Of a stretch of DNA of 64,000 nucleotides, positions 51,286 through 64,000 are shown one piece after another. The stretch lies in assembly GCA_964016885.1 (NCBI GenBank), contig CAXHJY010000021.1:1-64000 (forward strand), written 5' to 3'. The notes under the pieces were generated by a model, which had not been told where the DNA came from, did not search any database, and saw only the letters and a program-made list of their open reading frames with translations. The stretch comes from Eledone cirrhosa (taxonomy: Eukaryota). The position numbers and the translations under genes were made by a program. Position 1 is the first letter of the stretch. Every line of letters starts with the position of its first letter.

Positions 51286-52020
51286 TTTAGCATTTAAACT
51301 GGCTGTATCCGGCCAGAATTCCCTCACCTCTTTCTGTTCAAACCGGCCATAACCGGCTGCTCATACTGATGTTATGGTATTGTTCTCAAAATAAATAATA
51401 TCAAAATCTCGTAGATTTGATATTATGTAAGATAATTATGTGAAATAAAGTGTTTACCATGAAAATACAATAGTAAATATAGAGTAATGTAAATGCTCAA
51501 GGGTTAACCTTTAGTATTTACATTACTGTCAAATGTCATGTTTATCTATTCACATTATTTTGAGTTAATCATACTCAAGAGGATTATCAACTATATTTGT
51601 TTGTAATTTTGTTAATTTTCTGTGTAGACTTGAAATTTTGTCAGATGTTTAAATATCAATAATTTACAATTATCTATTTTAACTCCTTTTTTTAATTTGA
51701 CTTTTATGGGCAGGTGAAATTAATTAACAGGTGTAAAAGTAATGACTTTATGGATAAACACAAATTTAAACTTTATCCAACAATGACCTAGATGTTGACT
51801 TCCAACAATTTTAGCACTTTTCCGAACAAGTGAATTAATTTTAAATGCAGGTATAATTAGTACACAGTTTTAGTCTGTCTCTATATTCCATGCAAATATT
51901 TTCATTGCAAAAGAAAAGTATAAAACCCTTTCACCAGTCAAAATAATATTGGCAATGTACTCTAACACAACGTACTGGATAGATTTACATAACAGAATGT
52001 GTCCAATATATAAGTTCATT
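51286..52020. mobile_element. Non-autonomous piggyBac (+) joined tail-to-tail at one TTAA to an inverted copy of the piggyBac right end (-)
   Basis: 51286-51440 resembles 43010-43150; AATGCTCAAGGG-TTAA-CCTTTAGTATT at about 51493-51518; 51510-52020 is the reverse complement of about 44890-45620 without the SINE. Confidence 0.75.
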
Positions 52021-54317
52021 ACTTACTGCTAATCCGGTTTCTGATTTAGGCACAAGACCAACAATGGGGGGGGGGGATCAATTAAGTTGACTCCAGTGCA
52101 TTACTGGTACTTTATTTTATCAACCCCATAAGGATAAACGGCAAAGCTAACTATGCAAGATTTGAACTCAGAACGTAAAGAGACGCAACTATGCCACAAA
52201 GCATATTATCCGACACTCTACCGATATTGCCAATCCACCAATCTTAGAAGAATAAATAATAAAAACCACTGATCACTTCAAATAGTTGGGGACAGGTTGC
52301 AAGTAATGGCTCACTCTGCATGGAGTTTGGGATAAGAATTAAGACAGCGGAACAAGACAGAGATATTAAAATTTCTATGGAAGAAAAGGAAATGTTTGTG
52401 TATTTTGGGTGAGATCAATATGATGTTATGGACATTGATTTTGGTATGGTACCATATCTGATGCTAAATTGAACATAAATCAATACATAGAATATTAGGA
52501 ATCAGATGACAAGATCATGTATCTGACAAAAGAGTGAGAGAGATGATTAATGTAATACAAATTGATAACTCTATAAGTACAAGATGTGTTTGGAAAAAAT
52601 TCATCAAGATCCTATAACATCCTGAGCGTAATAAATGCATTAGAGAAATAAACTAGAAGGCTTGGTTAATAAAATTTAGACATAGTCTTTTGCAGTTCAG
52701 TAGCTTTAATTATTTCATATCCTGTACCACATGAAACCACATTAACAAGAATTCCTTTTCAAAAGGTGTGAAACAACACTATTACTGCATCACATTAAAA
52801 ATGAAAGTCTTTAACATTTGCAAATTTTCACGAAATGTCCACTAATGAAAATGCTAACATATGTACTTTTAATTAAACCAGTTATTAAATATTTTCTAAG
52901 TCATTACAGGATGCTAAAACATTTAATCTTATGTATGTAATGAAAATTGGTTAAAGAGGTACATTTACAAATGGTAAAATCAAAAAAGAATTTTAGCCTT
53001 TTCAATGTCTCCAAAATTAGGAGATAGTGAGGACGGTTTTCCTCAAACTAGAAACCTGGTTTTAGTGTTTACAACAAAGTGGGCTCCACTAAAAACACCT
53101 AAGGGCCAGGTGGTGGTGTTAAGTTGAATGATGGATTTCAGTTTACCATCCAAGTAAGGCGCAGTAGGATTTTAATACAAAACACAAAGAACTAGAACAA
53201 GTACTATAAGGTATTTCCTCTGATGCTCTAACAATTCTACCGATACACTGCCCTGGGGAGGTACTTTACCAACCACAAAAGGATGAATGCCAATGTTGAT
53301 CTTGATGGGATTTGAAGTCAGAGTGCAGGAAGCCAAATATCACACATTTTATCCTGCACTATAACAATTGTCGACTTGCTGACTATGTTTGCTGGACTTT
53401 ACATTGATATCTTGAAGCCTTAAAACTTATTTTGCACTTTTCATTTCCTGAAATATCTCAAAAACACGGATTAAGCAAACTAATTTCAAAATAACCAAAG
53501 CAACAAAATATTTTCTAGTCTTCAGTTTTACCAAGGCTGTTACCATGAATAGGAAAGCTATAACTATTACATTTTTTTTCTCTGTTAAATCTCTGGTGTA
53601 CCCTTTTCATTTAAAAGGTATTGTAGTAATCATATTCAACCATAACAGAGTATGGCATCTAATTTATACTTATACTGCTTTAATGTTTACAAAGTACTGG
53701 ACTTAATTCTTCTATTCTACAAACAATTGAGCCATTTTATATATTTTACACCACTTAATATCCTGTACCACATGAAACTCCATCAGCAAGATATTCTTGA
53801 AAAGCCTAAAACAACAATGACTTCATCACATAAAAAATTGAAGTCTTTACTGCAATTTTCATAATCTATCCACCAGTATAAAAATATAAATATTAGAATT
53901 AAACCTGTTTTGAAATATTTCTGCTAAATTGTTACAGGATGTTCCAAATACCAGATAAATAATGAGAAAGTTAGTTATATTACTAAATCCCAACAAAATC
54001 TTTATTTTTTTAAATGATTTGAAAATCATAGGTAGTGTTTTTCTTTTAGAAATATGGTAATGAGATGGTTAACATTGATTGATAAACTGATACCTATTCA
54101 GAGGGTGTCATCATAATCATTGAAAAGATTAAGCTTACACAAAATAAAAATCCATTTTAATTACACCTTTTCGTAAACATTAATTAGGATGACTACAACC
54201 ATTAAAGTCTAAGATCAATAATAAAGTCCTAAAGTTGACATTCAAATTTAATTACTTTTGCAATCATTTTTCATAATAAAAAACAAATCTTCTGTATAAG
54301 ATGTGTTTGTGATATAA

Positions 54318-55235
54318 ATCATCATCATCATCATCATCATCACTGTTTAATGTCAATTTTTCCATGCTGGCATGGGTTAGACAAGTCCCATTGTAAGACA
54401 AGCCAGATCAGATGACCATGTCTTGTCCATACAGAACTGATTTGGGCTTTGGTCTCTATGGCTGGATGCCCTTCCTAACACCAACCACATTTACAGTGTG
54501 TGCTGGGTGCTTTTTGTCTTGACACCTATATGACCACTTTACAGTGTGGGCTGGAGGGAGAGCATGGGGATGGGAGTCAGGACATGGGTGAAGGGTGGGG
54601 TGTTATGATGTGGGGAGATGGTAGGGGAAAGTGATGCACACTTCACCCTGTGCTTAGGAGAAGGTGGGTCTTCTGTATTACAGCATAACACCAGAAATCT
54701 TGATCCTGTGTCATTGCCTTCGAGGGGTGCAATTGTGCAAGTTCAGCCTTTATCACTTCATTCCAAGTCTTCCTACTCCATAGCTACCTTCAACTTTGAG
54801 CACCCTGTACCTTTTTATACAGCTGTCATCCTTCATACGCATCATATATCCATACCAATGCAATCTCCTCTCCTGCATACTACATGTGATCCCTCTCATG
54901 CCTAATTTCTCTCTCAGTTCATTTATGCTTCTATAACCTACACTCCATTTAGTCTCTTGTACACAACACATGCCCACTCTCTTTCACTCTAACATCTCTA
55001 CAATCTCTCCTAATCTTCCTCTCATTGTGCCTACATTAATGGTCACAGCTCTGAAGTTATAAAATTTATTGGAAGAGTGGGATGGATACTTCAGAAGGGA
55101 GATGGGATCAGTTTTGGAGTTAGTACCAGCTATCCATCCCTGAAATGAAGAAGGTTCACTTGGTTGCCAGAGGTCGAGTGGACTCATGCTGGGAAGAAAT
55201 TTCCAAAGCCGCCTCATTCCAACTAAAAACAGCAC
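54318..55235 (-). mobile_element. Bipartite (internally deleted) RTE copy
   Basis: NFRAVTINVGTMRG..CCVQETKW joins at about 54940 directly to SINELREKLGMRG..RRLHWYG; long 3' UTR and (CAT)n tail. Confidence 0.82.
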
Positions 55236-55568
55236 ACATACCTTATATTCTTAATAGTAATAGAGATGCTAGAATTAAGAGATTCAAGCTGTTTTAACAC
55301 GACCAATGTTTGATTGGACAAGAATGGGGGGGCCAAAACATTGCTGTCTATCTATGAAATATTTCTTAGAATATATATATATATATATATACACACACGC
55401 ACGCACGCACATACATACATACATACATACATACACAGACGAAAGATATATCATATCTAGTTCAGTTTACACAAGTGTATGCATATATCATCAATAGTAA
55501 TATATTAATCTTACAAAATAACAAAATACATATAGGTGCATACACACATATATATATATATATATATA

Positions 55569-55875
55569 CAGTTGTCCCTAGGCATTCGTGGGGGTCACGT
55601 TCCTAGCGCACCCGTGAAGAGTGAAAAACTGCAAATATGGATGTGGTCCATAAAAATGCCTATAAATGTCAAAAGATAACGTAAAAATATGGCCAGCCAA
55701 TAAGGTATATTGTTATTAATAATTTAGCGTTAAAAAGCGTGAAAAAATATATTGTCACACAAAAATAAAAACCCATAAGATATTTACGATTCCACGAATA
55801 TGCAGGGGTTTCCACGAACAATTATTATTAGGTTCTGAGGAAAATTGCACAAATAACCACAACAGCGGTACACCG
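55569..55875 (+). mobile_element. Tigger/pogo-like MITE
   Basis: TA followed by CAGTTGTCCCT.GG.ATTCG.GGGGGT.ACGTTCC; internal CC.CGAATATGC.GGGG motif typical of Tigger derivatives. Confidence 0.55.
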
Positions 55876-55949
55876 CGTGTGTGTGTATATATATATATAT
55901 ACATACACATACATACATGATGGCTGCAAACTCTGCTGAGAGTATTGCA

Positions 55950-58425
55950 ATCGCTTGTCAGATTCAGATGTGTGACGCTCAGATATGGCTTTTCAAGCCT
56001 GCTAGAGGCTTGCACCCCTTTGCATACTGATGACAACTATGGATCTCCCTGGCCTGAGGCCTTGCATCAGGTTGCCTGTGAACCCTCACAATACCATGGA
56101 GATCATAGTTCACTGGTTCTCTTTGAGCATGGCTGCCACTGTGGTTCCTGAGACCAGATTTGCCCAAGCAAATTTTTCCACACTAAGGGCACTTCAATTC
56201 AATGGAGAGACTGAACATTTCGATAGATACACCAGGGCATTGCTTATGCACATAATTATGGATCCTATCATTCACCATTCCACACTAAGTTTCTCTTTCA
56301 AGAGATTCTATCTCCCAGTCAGCCACCGTCAAACCAGTTTTTTCAATGAGTCCTTTACACAATCCTTGAATTGGAGCCTTGGCTTGTGAGGTAGTCTCTT
56401 ACCCTCACAAAGCTTGCCATATATAAGTTATTTTGGGATTCAGAGTGGTCGCCGCTGACACCAAGCCAGGTGTCATACCGACAGTCGTTGCTGGCACCCC
56501 AAAAGTCACACCAGTGCTGCTGCTGAATGTCAGAGGCCTGGTGAAACTCACTAACAGGAGTAAAATTTCCTACCTGAGAGACTTAGCCAGCCATAAGGAA
56601 TCAAGCATTATGCATGGCACTAACCGAAACGCACCTGACAAGCAATATAGCAGATGCAGAAATACATATACCAAAATATACTGCGTTTCGTTCGGACAGG
56701 AAGGAGAGAACTCATGGTGGGGTTGCTCTGTATATCCGTGAAGATGTCACATCAATTGTACTGTTGACACATTCAAACTCAGTCTGTGACACACTGATAG
56801 TACATATGAAGCAACTAAAGACTAATATGTGTCACATATCGGCCGCCCGATGCCCCCAGTCATCAGAAGCTCCTTGGCTAGCAATGTACTACCCAGAGAG
56901 CTGAAAGAAGGCACAATATGCCCTATCCATAAAGGAGGTAACAGAGCGGAGGCCAAAAACTATAGGCCAGTCTCCATGACGTCGCATATCAGTAAGATCA
57001 TGGAGCGAGTCGGTAAGAAAGAAAATGATCACTTTCCTCGAGGAAAATCACCGCCTGACTAGCACACAGCATGGCTTCCGCCCAGGAAGAAGCTGCCTTA
57101 CACAGCTGCTACATCACTACGACTGGGTACTGAAACAACTGCTAGACAGCTCACATGTGGACGTGATATATCTTGACTTTGCGAAGGCCTTTGACAAGGT
57201 CGACCACGAATGATATGTCACAAACTACACGGTCTCAGCATAACTGGAAAAGTAGGTGAGTGGCTGCACAACTTCTTAAAGGGCAGAAGCCAGACAGTCG
57301 CAGCAAACGGGGCCCTCTCAAAGGAAACATCAATAACAAGTGGGGTGCCCCAAGGCACAGTCCTGGGACCACTACTGTTTTTGGTGGCTCTCGCAGACAT
57401 GCCCTCTGTAGTACATACAACAATATCCCTCACTAGCTATGCTGATGACACTAAGGTAGCACAGGCAATCAAAAACCCGGCTGACGATGTCCTTTTACAA
57501 CAAGATCTGGATGCCATATACAAATGGGCGTAAGAAAACAACATGCAGTTTAATGCTGGCAAATTCCAAGCCCTATAATACAAACCTCCAAACAAACCTG
57601 CAAACACAAACACAAATATAGTACAACACAATTACACAGGACCAGGAGGGACCGATATCACCGTGTCAAAATCAATATGAGACCTGGGTATAGACATGAG
57701 CGATGATGCATCTTTTTCCTCACACATCATGAAAGTGGCGACAATGTGCAGACGACTCACTGGTTGGATCTTGAGGACTTCCCGGGCAGGAGACCGAGAC
57801 ACCATGTTGACACTATGGAGGACATTTGTCCTAAGCCGTCTGGACTATTGCTCCCAGTTGTGGTCACCCCATAGTGTCAAACTAACCACGGAGCTTCAGG
57901 CAATCCAGTGAAGCTACACCAGGAGGATTGCCACGATGAAGGAGATAAGCTACTGGGAGAGTCTAAAGGAACTGAACCTCTACTCCTTGGAACGAAGATG
58001 AGAGAGATACGCAGTGTTCTACATGTGGAAAATCGTGGAGGGACTAGCACCAAACTTTGGCATTGTCAGCTGGACCAACCTTCGAACAGGATGTCACTGT
58101 GTGGTGCCAAAGGTCCCGTTTTCCACATCTAGAATAAGGAGCAGAAATTACAATAGCCTGGGATTCAAGGGCACTCAACTCTTCAACAAGTTGCCGAGGG
58201 ATCTGAGAGATCTACATGGTGTGGAGGTGTCTTCAAGAAACATCTCGACACCTTGCTATCCAGTATCCCGGATGAGCCCGCAGCAAGGCACGAGGGAAAG
58301 CTAAGGGCAGCAGCAACAAACTCCCTCTTACACCAGTGGCCAACCAATACAGGCTGGAGATAAAATGTGTAGCAACAAAGGCGGTGCCCCAGCATGGCTG
58401 GAACAGGTAAATGAATGAATGAATC
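55950..58425 (+). mobile_element. CR1-clade LINE, internally deleted, with stops and frameshifts
   Basis: APE N-terminus (LNVRGL, ALTETHL, RSDR..GGVALY) joined at about 56850 to RT (PIHKGG..NYRPVS, QHGFR..SCLTQLL, YLDFAKAFDKV, GVPQGTVLGPLLF, YADDTK, SRLDYCS..WSP); 3' end GGCGGTGCCCCAGCATGG + (ATGA)n. Confidence 0.88.
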
Positions 58426-58453
58426 CATACCACCACCACCACCGCCCCCACCG

Positions 58454-58707
58454 TCATCATCATCATCGTCGTTTAACATCCATCTTCCACGCTTGCATGG
58501 GTTTGGACGGGAGTTTTTCCACTTGAGGCAAGATTTGTTGTCCTGCTCTTATAGGACTGTCTGGCGGGTTTTCTACGGCTGGATGGCCTTCTTAACACCA
58601 ACCACGTTTACAGTGTGGACTGGGAGGTTTTTACCGTGTTACCTACACGGCCACATTACAGCGTGGACTGTGTGTTTTTTTGTCGTGACACCTACACGAC
58701 CTCATTT
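58454..58707 (-). mobile_element. 5'-truncated RTE long-3'-UTR copy
   Basis: Closely similar to 3447-3705; ends in a TA tract. Confidence 0.85.
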
Positions 58708-58821
58708 ATATATATATTATACATTGCACTATATATATATATAGAGTGCAATGTATAATAAAGTGTATAGTGATCTGATAGGAAGATTAAATGATAAAAT
58801 ATGGAACAAAATTGCTCGGCC

Positions 58822-59564
58822 TTATATATACATATAAATATATACATATAAATATATACATATAAATATATACATATAAATATATACATATAAATATATA
58901 CATATAAATATATACATATATATATATACATATATATATATACATATATATATATACATATATATATATACATATATATATATACATATATATATACATA
59001 TATATACATATAAATATATACATATAAATATATACATAGAAATATATACATATAAATATATACATATAAATATATACATATAAATATATACATATAAATA
59101 TATACATATATATATACATATAAATATATACATATATATATATACATATAAATATATGAATATATACATATATATACATATAAATATATACATATATATA
59201 CATATAAATATATACATATATATACATATAAATATATACATATATATACATATAAATATATACATATATATACATATAAATATATACATATATATACATA
59301 TATATACATATAAATATATACATATAAATATATACATATATATACATATATATACATATAAATATATACATATATATACATATAAATATATACATATATA
59401 TACATATAAATATATACATATATACATATATATATATACATATATATATACATATAAATATATAAATATATACATATATATATATACATATATATAAATA
59501 TATACATATATATACATATAAATATATACATATATATATATACATATATATATATATACATATA
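58822..59564. repeat. Compound TA microsatellite with TACATA/TAAATA units
   Basis: Directly visible. Confidence 0.97.
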
Positions 59565-60256
59565 TCATCATCATCATCATTTTACGTCCGCTTTTCCCTG
59601 CTTGCAAGGGTGGGACGGGTCTTATTCAGCACAGCATCTCTCCACTCGTCACGGTCCCTCGTCATCTCCACCGTGAGCTTCAATGATCTGAGGTCTGTTC
59701 TCACCACCTCCGCCCATGTTTTTCGTGGTCTACCTCTACCACGTCTTCCTTCAACTGGCATTTCCTGGCACTTCTTCACCCATCGGTCATCCTCCATGTG
59801 CATCACATGTCCATACCACCTCAGTCTCCTCTCCCGTACACTACATTCTATCCCTCTCAGACACAGTTTCTCTCTCAACACATTTACACTGCACATCCAA
59901 CGGAGCATGCTTGCCTCATTTCTCTCCAGCCGTGGCATATCCTCTGCGGTTGCTGCCCATGTCTCACTACCATGCAGCATCGTGCTCCTCACACGGGCAT
60001 CATACAACCGGCCTTTCGTACGCAGGGAGAAACCCTTCTTCGTCAACAGAGGAAGCAGCTCCCTAAACTTCTTCCAACCCGTCCTTATTCTAGATACTAT
60101 GGCCTCGGAATACCCTCCTCCCATGCTAATCTGATCTCCTAGGTACCGGAAGCTATCCACCACATCTATAGCACCCTCTCGCATTTGAAAAATGTGTCTA
60201 TCAGTGCGACTTCTACTGTCTAATTTCCCTGTACATCTACTGCATACATATTTCTC
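59565..60256 (-). mobile_element. Young 5'-truncated RTE copy, short-UTR subfamily
   Basis: Open frame YVCSRC…VDSFRYLG…RRLRWYGHV…GRPRKTW…[14 protein letters not shown], followed directly by a (GAT)n tail; TA tracts on both sides. Confidence 0.92.
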
Positions 60257-60622
60257 ATATAAATATATACATATATATATATACATATATATATATACAT
60301 ATATATATATAAATATAAATATATAAATATAAATATATAAATATAAATATATATATATAAATATATATATATAAATATATATATATAAATATATATATAT
60401 AAATATATATATATAAATATATATATATATAAATATAAATATATATATATGAATATATAAAGATATATATATAAATATATATATATAAATATATATATAT
60501 AAATATATAAAGATATATATATAAATATATATATATAAATATATATATATAAATATATATGGCGTATATATGTAAATATAAATATATATATATATAAGGC
60601 GTATATATATAAATATAAATAT

Positions 60623-61645
60623 AAGGCGTAGGTAGAAACTCCATTTTGTGTCAGAAATGCAAAGTATGGGTGCATAAAAGATGTAGTGGGATCATAGGTA
60701 AGCTAACTAAGAACATAGATTTCACATGTGGCCGGTGCTCTGGTGCAATAAGTAGCAGCAAGTGCCCACAAATACTAGCTCTTTCAACTGCGCCGAGGGC
60801 TCTATAGAAATAGTGGACAGCTTCCGTTACCTGGGTGACAAAATCAGCAGTGGGGGAGGGTGCTCTGAAAGTACAGTAGCTAGAGTCAGAACTGGATGGA
60901 AAAAGTTCAGAGAGGAACGAAGCTTGCATGCTCCGCTGGATATGTAATAGTAATATATGCGAACGGCAAAGCATAAACGAACTAAGGAAAAAATTAGAAA
61001 TAAGAGGGATCAGATGTTGTTTACTCAAGAGAAGGCTACGTTGGTATGGACACGTGATGCGCATGAAAGTCGATAGCTGTATAACAAAGTGCAGGGCAAT
61101 AAAGATAGACGGTAGCCACGGAATAGGCAGACCTAGAAAAACCTGGTACGAGCTGATAAACTCCGACCTCACACACTTACACCTCTCCAAGACAATGTCA
61201 CTGGACCGAGACCTTTGGCGCTACTCAGTAATAGAGAAGACCCGCCTTACCTAAATACATAGTAAAAACCTACTACAGTTAAGAGGCATCTCTAACAAAA
61301 TACACCCCGTCCCACAACCCCCACCCCATCCACACCGCCCCCTTCTATGTAAAGTTATGTTGGTGCCACACCATCCAGGCCGAAACAATTGAGATCGTGT
61401 AGGTGTCATGACAAAAAAAACACACAGTCCACGCTGTAATGTGGCCGTGTAGGCAACACGGTAAAAACCTCCCAGACCCACACTGTAAATGTGGTTGGTG
61501 TTAGGAAGGGCATCCAACTGTAGAAAACCTGCCACACAGTCCTATGCGAGCAAGACAATCACTCTTGCCTCAGGTGGGAAAACCCCCGTCCAACCCCATG
61601 CAAGCGTGGAACACGGACGTTAAACGTCGATGATGATGATGATGA
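60623..61645 (+). mobile_element. 5'-truncated RTE copy nearly identical to 3447-4580, with a 137-bp internal deletion
   Basis: Starts at GVGRNSILC, long 3' UTR, (GAT)n tail into TA. Confidence 0.92.
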
Positions 61646-61704
61646 AATATGAATATATATATATATATAAATAAATATAAATATATATATATATATAAAT
61701 ATAA

Positions 61705-61739
<35 letters not shown>

Positions 61740-61768
61740 GATAAATAAATAAATATATATATATATAA

Positions 61769-61813
<45 letters not shown>

Positions 61814-61840
61814 TATATATATATAAATATATAAATATAA

Positions 61841-61871
<31 letters not shown>

Positions 61872-61952
61872 AATATATATATAAATATATATATATATAT
61901 AAATATATATATAAATATATATATATATAAATATAAATATATATATAAATAT

Positions 61953-61983
<31 letters not shown>

Positions 61984-62127
61984 AATAAATATATATATAT
62001 ATAAATAAATATATATATATAAATAAATATATATATATATAAATAAATATATATATATAAATAAATATATATATATAAATAAATAAATATATATATATAT
62101 ATATAAATATATATATATAAATAAATA

Positions 62128-62207
<80 letters not shown>

Positions 62208-62209
62208 AT

Positions 62210-62244
<35 letters not shown>

Positions 62245-62245
62245 A

Positions 62246-62276
<31 letters not shown>

Positions 62277-62277
62277 A

Positions 62278-62312
<35 letters not shown>

Positions 62313-62347
62313 AATATATATATAAATGTATATATATATATATATAA

Positions 62348-62380
<33 letters not shown>

Positions 62381-62441
62381 AATATATATATAAATATATA
62401 TATATAAATAAATATATATATATAAATAAATATATATATAT

Positions 62442-62474
<33 letters not shown>

Positions 62475-62561
62475 AATATATATATAAATATATATATATA
62501 TATAAATATATATATAAATATATATATATAAATAAATATATATATAAATATATATATATAA

Positions 62562-62652
<91 letters not shown>

Positions 62653-62703
62653 TATATATAAATATATATATAAATATATATATATATATAAATATATATA
62701 TAA

Positions 62704-62768
<65 letters not shown>

Positions 62769-62799
62769 TATATATAAATATATAAATAAATATATATAT

Positions 62800-62832
<33 letters not shown>

Positions 62833-63352
62833 AATATATATTTGGATTTAATGCTCTGAAATAGCGATATATATTATATATTATAAACATACAGAATATT
62901 TTCGAATATTCTATGTTTGTCTTCATAAATATATATATATAAATATATAAATATAAATATATATATATATAAATATAAATATATATAAATATATATAAAT
63001 ATAAATATATATATAAATAAATATATATATATAAATAAATATATATATATAAATAAATATATATATATAAATAAATATATATATATAAATAAATATATAT
63101 ATATAAATAAATATATATATATATATATATATAAATATATATATATAAATAAATATATATATATATAAATATATATATATAAAAATATATATATATATAA
63201 ATATATATATATAAATAAATATATATATATAAATAAATATATATATATATAAATATATATATATATAAATATATATATATAAATAAATATATATATATAT
63301 ATATATATATAAATATATATATAAATATATATATAAATATATAAATATATAT

Positions 63353-63383
<31 letters not shown>

Positions 63384-63474
63384 AATATAAATATATAAAT
63401 ATAAATATATATAAATATATATAAATATAAATATATATAAATATATATATATAAATATATATTTAAATATAAAT

Positions 63475-63505
<31 letters not shown>

Positions 63506-63546
63506 AATAAATAAATATAAATATAAATATATAAATATAAATATAA

Positions 63547-63644
<98 letters not shown>

Positions 63645-63645
63645 G
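61646..63645. repeat. ~2-kb (TA)n/(TAAA) tract with one ~85-bp island at 62842-62925
   Basis: Directly visible. Confidence 0.97.
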
Positions 63646-63832
63646 CAAAGTTTTATTTAAATTGTTGGGTTAACAACGAGTAAATATTTATAACTGATAT
63701 AAAAGCACTCAACAAGTATTTGGAGTATATTTACGATATTAAATAAATGGAAACTATATTTATAAAACCATATTTATTTCATTATATATATTTCAGGGAT
63801 ATCATATTAAAAATATGTTATGCCTTCTTCAG

Positions 63833-63992
63833 ACAAAATACAATATAAACAGTTTTATAAATAGATAGATTCGACATACCTTTCAACTTCGACTTCTATT
63901 TGAAAAGTTGAAATCAACTTTTCAAATAGAAGTCGAAGTTGAAAGGTATGTCGAATCTATCTATTTATAAAACTGTTTATATTGTATTTTGT
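63833..63992. repeat. Perfect 160-bp palindrome (79-bp arms, AA loop)
   Basis: 63833-63911 is the exact reverse complement of 63914-63992. Pairing resumes after a 4-nt bulge (TCAG/CTGA) at the window edge. Confidence 0.95.
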
Positions 63993-64000
63993 ATGTCTGA

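Noticed and set aside
48000-55400. Search for CARM1 exon 1 (candidate donors at about 48990 and 55240)
   Set aside because: No candidate gave an open phase-1 frame with a plausible start; exon 1 is probably outside the window or too divergent to recognise.

Overview
Eukaryotic, AT-rich and microsatellite-dense animal DNA. The repeat landscape suggests an octopus or other coleoid cephalopod (inference only). One host gene can be reconstructed by hand on the minus strand: CARM1/PRMT4 (histone-arginine methyltransferase), with 11 GT-AG, phase-compatible coding exons between 47744 and about 23769. Its first exon was not found. The rest is mostly transposon-derived: young and old RTE-clade LINEs ending in (GAT)n and often sitting in long (TA)n tracts, a deleted CR1-like LINE, an R4/Dong 3' fragment in (AAT)n, a Penelope RT fragment, a decayed piggyBac and TTAA-type MITEs, pogo/Tigger-like ends, two tRNA-SINE families, and a 3.2-kb 31/32-bp minisatellite. 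The most notable observations are: (1) a complete C4-H-C3 PHD-type zinc finger inserted inside the RT domain of the RTE ORF; (2) two RTE 3'-end architectures, one carrying an extra ~300-bp module; (3) several microsatellite-embedded hairpin or inverted-repeat elements, some with degenerate hammerhead-like cores, possibly Penelope-derived; (4) a possible alternative CARM1 C-terminus at the NLIPL splice boundary. There is no CRISPR array or prokaryotic system.
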